Assembly: GCF_000011465.1 (NCBI RefSeq)
Contig: NC_005072.1
Span: forward strand, 1,170,001 to 1,202,000
Reading direction: 5' to 3'
Source of the DNA: Prochlorococcus marinus subsp. pastoris str. CCMP1986
GTDB taxonomy: Bacteria; Cyanobacteriota; Cyanobacteriia; PCC-6307; Cyanobiaceae
Length of the DNA stretch: 32,000 bases
Part shown: piece by piece, positions 26,890 to 32,000 of the stretch
Layout of the letters: each line of letters opens with the position of its first letter
Position numbering within the stretch: the stretch's first letter is position 1
Notes under the pieces: model-generated
Told to the model about the DNA's origin: nothing
Databases searched by the model: none
What the model saw: only the letters and a program-made list of their open reading frames with translations
Made by a program: the position numbers and the translations under genes

Positions 26890-28722
26890 TTAATCCTCTA
26901 CAAATTGTGTATTTAAAAATTTAGAGTTCAAATTAGATGGTAATTTATCTTTTAATATTATAAATGAACCTAATACTAGTATATCCATTGAGGTATTTAT
27001 AAAACATCTTAAAGCATCTTCTGGAGTGCAAACTATTGGTTCTCCTCTTACATTAAAAGAGGTATTGATTAAGACAGGGCAACCAGTTAATTTATTAAAC
27101 TCAGAAATTAATTTAAAGAACTTCTTATTTCTTGATTCTGAAACAGTTTGAACTCTACAGCTATTATCTAAGTGAGTAATTCCAGGATAAATTGATCTAA
27201 TTTGATTTACCTTATCAATGCCATACCTATTATCTTTAGGATCTGAATCTATTAAATATTTTTTTGATAAATTTCTTGTAATCAGCATATAAGGAGATGA
27301 ATGTTCAATTCCAAAAAGTTCTTTTTTATGAGAGTCAAGAATAGCTGGAGCAAATGGTCTAAAAGATTCTCTATTCTTAATTTTAATATTCATCTTCTTT
27401 TGCATATCTGGAACCCTAGGATCTCCAAGGATTGATCTATTACCTAAAGCTCTTGGGCCGTATTCCATCCTACCCTGAAACCATCCAACAACCTTACTGT
27501 CTGAAAGATATTGAGCTACCTCTTTAAATAATTCATCATCCTGATATTTTTCATACGAAATATTCAAACCTAAAAGAAATTTCTCAATTTTTTCATCTGA
27601 AAATTCTGGTCCTAAATAAGAAGAGTGCATCTTGTCAATTTTTACATTATTTCTTTTGAAATTTTTGGACTTAGACAATAAAGCTAAAGCTGATCCTAAG
27701 GCTCCTCCCGCATCACCTGCTGCAGGCTGAATCCATATATTTTTAAATTTGCCTTGATCTAAGATTTTGCCATTTGCAACACAATTTAGTGCAACTCCAC
27801 CTGCCATACAAAGATTATTTATTTTATATTTTTCATATAATTTATCAGTAATATTCAAAATTAATTCTTCAGTGACTTTTTGTATAGAAGAAGCAATATC
27901 CATATAAAATTTGTTTAAAGGTTCATTGGATAATCTCGGCTTTTCTCCAAATAGATTTATAAATTGAGATGATATCATTCTTAATCCCCTATGGTATTTA
28001 AAATATTTCATATTTAGTTCATATGATCCATCAGAAAAAACAGTTATTAAATTATTCAAAATTTTGTCTTTATATATAGGTTCTCCATAAGGAGCTAAAC
28101 CCATTAACTTATATTCACCACTATTAACTTTAAAGCCGCAATAATATGTAAATGAGGAATAAAGCATACCTATAGAGTGAGGAAAATTAATTTCCCATAA
28201 AGGTTTTAAATCCTTTCCTTTTCCATGCCAAGCAGTAGTTGTAGCCCACTCGCCAACAGCATCTAGACATAAAACTATAGATTCATTGAAAGGTGAGGGA
28301 TAAAAAGCAGATGCTGCATGAGATAAATGATGCTCTGAAAAAAAAAGTTTGTCTTCAGTAAATTTCTCATCAATTAACAATATTTCATCAACAAGATTTT
28401 GTTTTGTAAAGATTTTCTCCCCAATCCAAGTTTCCATAGCAGGTATAAAGCTCGTGAGCCCTCTTGGAGCAGTTGAAAAATAAGTTTCTAAAAGTCTCAT
28501 AAAAACTCTTATAGGTTTTTCGTAGTAAATATATTTTTCAACTTCAATATTATTTTCCTTAGCTATTTTCAAGCAATAGTCTACAGAGCAAAAAGGAAAG
28601 CGAGAATCAAACTTTTTTCTAGAAAATCTTTCTTCCTGAACAGCTGCGAGTATTTCTCCATCTTCAGATATTAATGCTGCGGCACTATCATGGTAGTAAC
28701 ACGAAATACCAATAATTCCCAT
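26890..28722 (-). CDS. NodU/TobZ/SxtI-family O-carbamoyltransferase
   Basis: 'MGIIGISCYYHDSAAALISEDGEILAAVQEERFSRKKFDSRFP', 'LCMAGGVALNCVANGKI', 'VVGWFQGRMEYGPRALGNRSILGDPR' and 'LINTSFNVRGEPIVCTPEDAL'. Confidence 0.96.
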   Translation of the reverse strand: MGIIGISCYYHDSAAALISEDGEILAAVQEERFSRKKFDSRFPFCSVDYCLKIAKENNIEVEKYIYYEKPIRVFMRLLETYFSTAPRGLTSFIPAMETWIGEKIFTKQNLVDEILLIDEKFTEDKLFFSEHHLSHAASAFYPSPFNESIVLCLDAVGEWATTTAWHGKGKDLKPLWEINFPHSIGMLYSSFTYYCGFKVNSGEYKLMGLAPYGEPIYKDKILNNLITVFSDGSYELNMKYFKYHRGLRMISSQFINLFGEKPRLSNEPLNKFYMDIASSIQKVTEELILNITDKLYEKYKINNLCMAGGVALNCVANGKILDQGKFKNIWIQPAAGDAGGALGSALALLSKSKNFKRNNVKIDKMHSSYLGPEFSDEKIEKFLLGLNISYEKYQDDELFKEVAQYLSDSKVVGWFQGRMEYGPRALGNRSILGDPRVPDMQKKMNIKIKNRESFRPFAPAILDSHKKELFGIEHSSPYMLITRNLSKKYLIDSDPKDNRYGIDKVNQIRSIYPGITHLDNSCRVQTVSESRNKKFFKLISEFNKLTGCPVLINTSFNVRGEPIVCTPEDALRCFINTSMDILVLGSFIILKDKLPSNLNSKFLNTQFVED

Positions 28723-28791
28723 ATATTAAGTGTTTTTTTTCGAATTATATCATAATTCAATATAATAAATAGAAACGCCTATCTAGGAAAT

Positions 28792-29985
28792 TCATTTAAA
28801 ATCATTAAATTCTGAATTTTTATTTATAAATTTGATAATCTTTTTACCAATGTATTTGTAACCCTTTATTTCAGGATGATGATCGTTATACATATAAAAT
28901 CCATTGCAAGTTTCATCTTTATCTTTACAGGGGAATAATTTTTGATCAATTGATATTGGAATATGGTATGACTTTAAATCATCTATCTCATTATTCATTT
29001 TTACAACATCTTCTACTAAAGAAGCAATACTGAATTTGAATTTTCTATCTTCTGAGACTGAATCAACAATATTTCTAGGGTGAGGCATAGTAACAAAATA
29101 CAATTCCTTAACTCCCAAGTCTTTAGCAGATAAAATATAATTTTCTAAAACTTCTTTAAAATATTTCTCCTTCTTAAAATCCTTTATAATTAGTGGCTTT
29201 GTTATGTCTGACCATCCTGGAGTTCTGGTTAAATTAATCTTACTATTGGTAAGATAAAAAAGTTTTACTACAGAAAGAGTATAAATTTTACTTATAAATT
29301 CAAATGTAAGTGGCTTAATTCTATAAGGACTTACTGGGTTAAGGGCACTTCCATAATTATAAAAACGAAAATGTTTATTTTTAAAAGGTTTTACTACGTA
29401 ATGTCGAAAAGGCTCATTTTTATAAACAGAGTTATTTTTGTATCTAATAGCGTCATCGCCTAGGTCACCTTGATCTACATAAGTAATTAGGATATCTGGC
29501 TTAATTCCCTTACTATTAAAATAAGCTAATTGCCCAGAAAAATTTTTTGGGGAAAAGCTTGTTGTCCCACCATGTAAAACCTGCCAACCATTTTGAGAAA
29601 CTTTTGAAAACAAAATATCTGAGGCATGATTACCAATACCTTCCCCAACAGAGTCTCCCTGAAGCAATACTGTTTTGCAATTATTTTGATTTACACAAGA
29701 TGCAAATCTTGAATATATGAAAAAAGAATCCTCTTTAGTATTAATAGGTTTCAATTTATTATTTGATTCAACCTCAGATTTTAAAAAAGCATCTCTAAAA
29801 TCTTTATCTCTGTAATGATTAACATACTTTAGATAATTAGCTATTTCTGGGTATGTATTTATCAGCAAGGGCTCTTTAATCTTAAACCTATAAAAGTAGT
29901 AAAAACGTGACAGGAATTCTAAACCAATAAAAGCAAATACTAAGTTTAGAAATATAATTTTCAAGAAGGATTTAGATAGGCTCAA
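28792..29985 (-). CDS. Membrane-anchored SGNH/GDSL-like protein
   Basis: N-terminal TM segment, block I-like 'VLLQGDSVGEGIG', terminal 'MYNDHHPEIKGYKYIG' resembling the catalytic DxxH block. Confidence 0.65.
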   Translation of the reverse strand: MSLSKSFLKIIFLNLVFAFIGLEFLSRFYYFYRFKIKEPLLINTYPEIANYLKYVNHYRDKDFRDAFLKSEVESNNKLKPINTKEDSFFIYSRFASCVNQNNCKTVLLQGDSVGEGIGNHASDILFSKVSQNGWQVLHGGTTSFSPKNFSGQLAYFNSKGIKPDILITYVDQGDLGDDAIRYKNNSVYKNEPFRHYVVKPFKNKHFRFYNYGSALNPVSPYRIKPLTFEFISKIYTLSVVKLFYLTNSKINLTRTPGWSDITKPLIIKDFKKEKYFKEVLENYILSAKDLGVKELYFVTMPHPRNIVDSVSEDRKFKFSIASLVEDVVKMNNEIDDLKSYHIPISIDQKLFPCKDKDETCNGFYMYNDHHPEIKGYKYIGKKIIKFINKNSEFNDFK

Positions 29986-30909
29986 GATACTTTTGATATA
30001 TCGTAAAATTATATACCTAATTCAATTTTAATTAAACCTTTCTAAAAAATTTAAGATTATTTAGAAAAATAAATTTAGTAATTAATAAAATAGAACAACT
30101 TGCTATATATTTTTAAAGAAAATTTTATTCAATTATAATTACTATTAATTGATATATTCTTTATATATATAGTAAAAGTGAATAAGCAATCTTGAAGATT
30201 CTTAATAATAGGTTCTTTATCTACTTTTATAAATTATTTCTACAATTTATCATCTTTTCAATTTTTATTAAATATTTGATTAAGTCCTTTGATAGTTAAT
30301 TTATCAGGAATTATCAAAAAATATGTCTTCGGATAAAATGGGGTTTAAAAAGTAAAAAATTTTAATCATAGTTTGTTTTTAAAGTTTCTATATGTATATT
30401 TAATTCCTGGTATTGTTATGAAATTAATAATTTTTCTTTTTAATAATTGAATTGAATATAGGTTAGATTGATGCTTCGAAAAAATTTTTTTATATTAAAA
30501 AATTTTCTTGGCTCTAAATATTTAGTATTTGATAAAACTCAATGAACTTAATTAGAAATAAAATATTATTGTTAAAAGGATGCAGATCAAATTAGTGGAC
30601 TAAAAACTAACAATATTATCAGGTGATTATTTACTTTTAAATATTTACCAGTAATACGGATACCATACCGTCAATACAAGCAGCTTTTTCATTTTTTAGA
30701 TCTCCTATGCAATATATGCTCTTTTATAGTGAAGATAAGGATACTAAAAATCTTTTGACTTCAAAATAAAAATTTAACCTATAGAAATCTACGCTGAGTA
30801 TAAATGAATATTTCATTTGCAGATGAGTTATTAAATTTCTCTAATATTAAGTTTCAAAATTGCTATCGTACGTAACTTAAATTTCAAAGAAATTCTATAA
30901 ATTTTTAAT

Positions 30910-32000
30910 TTATTTTTTTTTACTTAAATGGCTTGAAAGAAGTTCAGCAAATTTTTGATATCCTAATTTAGATAAATGCGGTCCAAGGGGTGCATAATTT
31001 TTAATATCCTTAGTATCTATTACTGTTGAACCATCAATAAATTTAATTTTTAGTTTCTTAGAACTCTTCTTAAGATGTAATTTATAAAGATCTCTCGCTT
31101 GATTTGGACGCCAATAATCACTGTTGGGTATATAAGCAACATAAGGGGTACATAATAAATTCACGTTACAAGTATCATTGAGTTCGCGTATGGCATTAAG
31201 ACTAGTTGAACTTTTTGAATAATCATCATGTAAACCTCTAAATCGCTCTAAATTTATAATTCTTCTACGTAATGGCCAAAGAGATAGAACCCTATACCAA
31301 AAAAACATTTTTTTATTTGGATTGAGTAACTTATTTTTATTTATCTCTAATTTATTTAAGATTCCCTCTTCATCTGTAGGATAATTTTTTTTATTATTCT
31401 ATTAAATGTTAAATTATATTCCTTGCTGGGATTAATTCTACCTCCTTTTGTAAAAACTGGAATTGGTCTAATTACAGACAAATGCTTAACTACAGTTTCA
31501 TTAAAACCTACATTATCGTTATCATAAAAAACCAAAACAATGTCAAACTTTTGCTTTTTGATTGTCGAAATAATAGGTTTTACTACACCTTTTAAATTAG
31601 CTATATATTCATTTGGTCCATTATTACCAGCCCCAAGATTAATCGTATTTGCACCAACTAATGTTTCAAATACCTCTGTAAATGTGTATTCATCATCAAC
31701 ACAAGCGCCATTAGTATAAGAGTCACCTATAAAAAATGTTGCACCCTCTTTATTGATCTTATCCCAGTTTTGATCTTTATTTCGCATTCCAAATCTGTCA
31801 GACTTGTAAGTCACCAAGCCATAACCCTCATTACATAAATAGGAATTTGTATATGGAAGTGTCCCTACAGGGTAAAATTTCGAAGACAAAAAATATTTTA
31901 AAGTCTCTGCTGGATAGAAAGTTGGCAAGTTCCCTTCTTTAACACTATTGATTTTGAAAGGATAGTCAAATTCAATTTGACGTTTTAATTCTTTATCATA
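30910..32000 (-). CDS. SGNH-hydrolase-like protein interrupted by one frame change, N-terminus beyond window edge
   Basis: ORF 31356-31928 carries 'ATFFIGDSYTNGACVDDEYTFTEVFE' (block I) and stays open to 32000 (upstream residues YDKELKRQIEFDYPFKINSVKEGNL, so TTG at 31928 is not the start). ORF 30910-31308 carries the C-terminal 'YAPLGPHLSKLGYQKFAELL' (DxxH-like region). The second frame is open from the A8 run at 31385-31392 down to 30910, so one -1 shift joins them. Confidence 0.75.
31385..31392 (-). other. A8 homopolymer / slippery-like site where the SGNH gene changes frame
   Basis: Minus strand ...AGA ATA ATA AAA AAA ATT ATC... in frame 0 contains A_AAA_AAA; a -1 shift gives ...ATA AAA AAA AAT TAT CCT ACA GAT GAA GAG..., continuous with the downstream ORF. 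Confidence 0.7.

Noticed and set aside
30652-30672. ACGG...CCGT mini-hairpin within the 0.9-kb gap
   Set aside because: Four-bp stem is too short and is better explained by the adjacent aborted ORF sequence.
1-32000. Search by eye for CRISPR arrays, tRNA/rRNA genes, transposases and insertion sequences
   Set aside because: No regularly spaced repeats, no tRNA-like GC-rich cloverleaf, and no recombinase or transposase protein in any listed ORF.

Overview
This is a low-GC (AT-rich by eye, not computed) bacterial window that is almost entirely a surface-polysaccharide (capsule/O-antigen-like) locus. From left to right it contains:
- a glycosyltransferase block (2-3759, +), whose first gene is cut by the window edge
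- a Wza-type export lipoprotein (-) divergent from a Wzz/BY-kinase-like chain-length protein (+)
- an EpsG/Wzy-like membrane polymerase and a WecA/TagO-like initiating transferase (-)
- a TIGR04372-like glycosyltransferase (+)
- a tightly packed ten-gene module at 11148-20461 (+) with pyruvate-dehydrogenase-like E1 alpha/beta, WbuC-like cupin, sugar C-methyltransferase, RmlD-like reductase, Zn-alcohol dehydrogenase, split transketolase, HAD hydrolase and APH-like kinase
- an ABC flippase-like exporter and two methyltransferases (+)
- a minus-strand tail with a polytopic membrane protein, a methyltransferase, a carbamoyltransferase/SxtJ/DUF5989 triad and two SGNH-type proteins.
The most interesting observations are:
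- the ten-gene module carries two separate two-subunit ThDP enzymes and no E2/E3, which suggests two-carbon-branched or otherwise unusual sugar biosynthesis
- an unannotated asparagine-synthase (AsnB-like) relic lies at about 3810-4200 (-)
- a 52-aa ORF missing from the supplied track (26346-26504, -) completes an SxtI/J/K-like triad
- the last SGNH gene is split at an A8 run exactly consistent with a -1 frameshift at A_AAA_AAA
- the BY-kinase-like domain at 5464-7275 has lost its Walker A and B signatures.
The taxon is not provable from the sequence. A marine picocyanobacterium-like (Prochlorococcus-type) genomic island is only a guess. No tRNA, rRNA, CRISPR or transposase was recognised.
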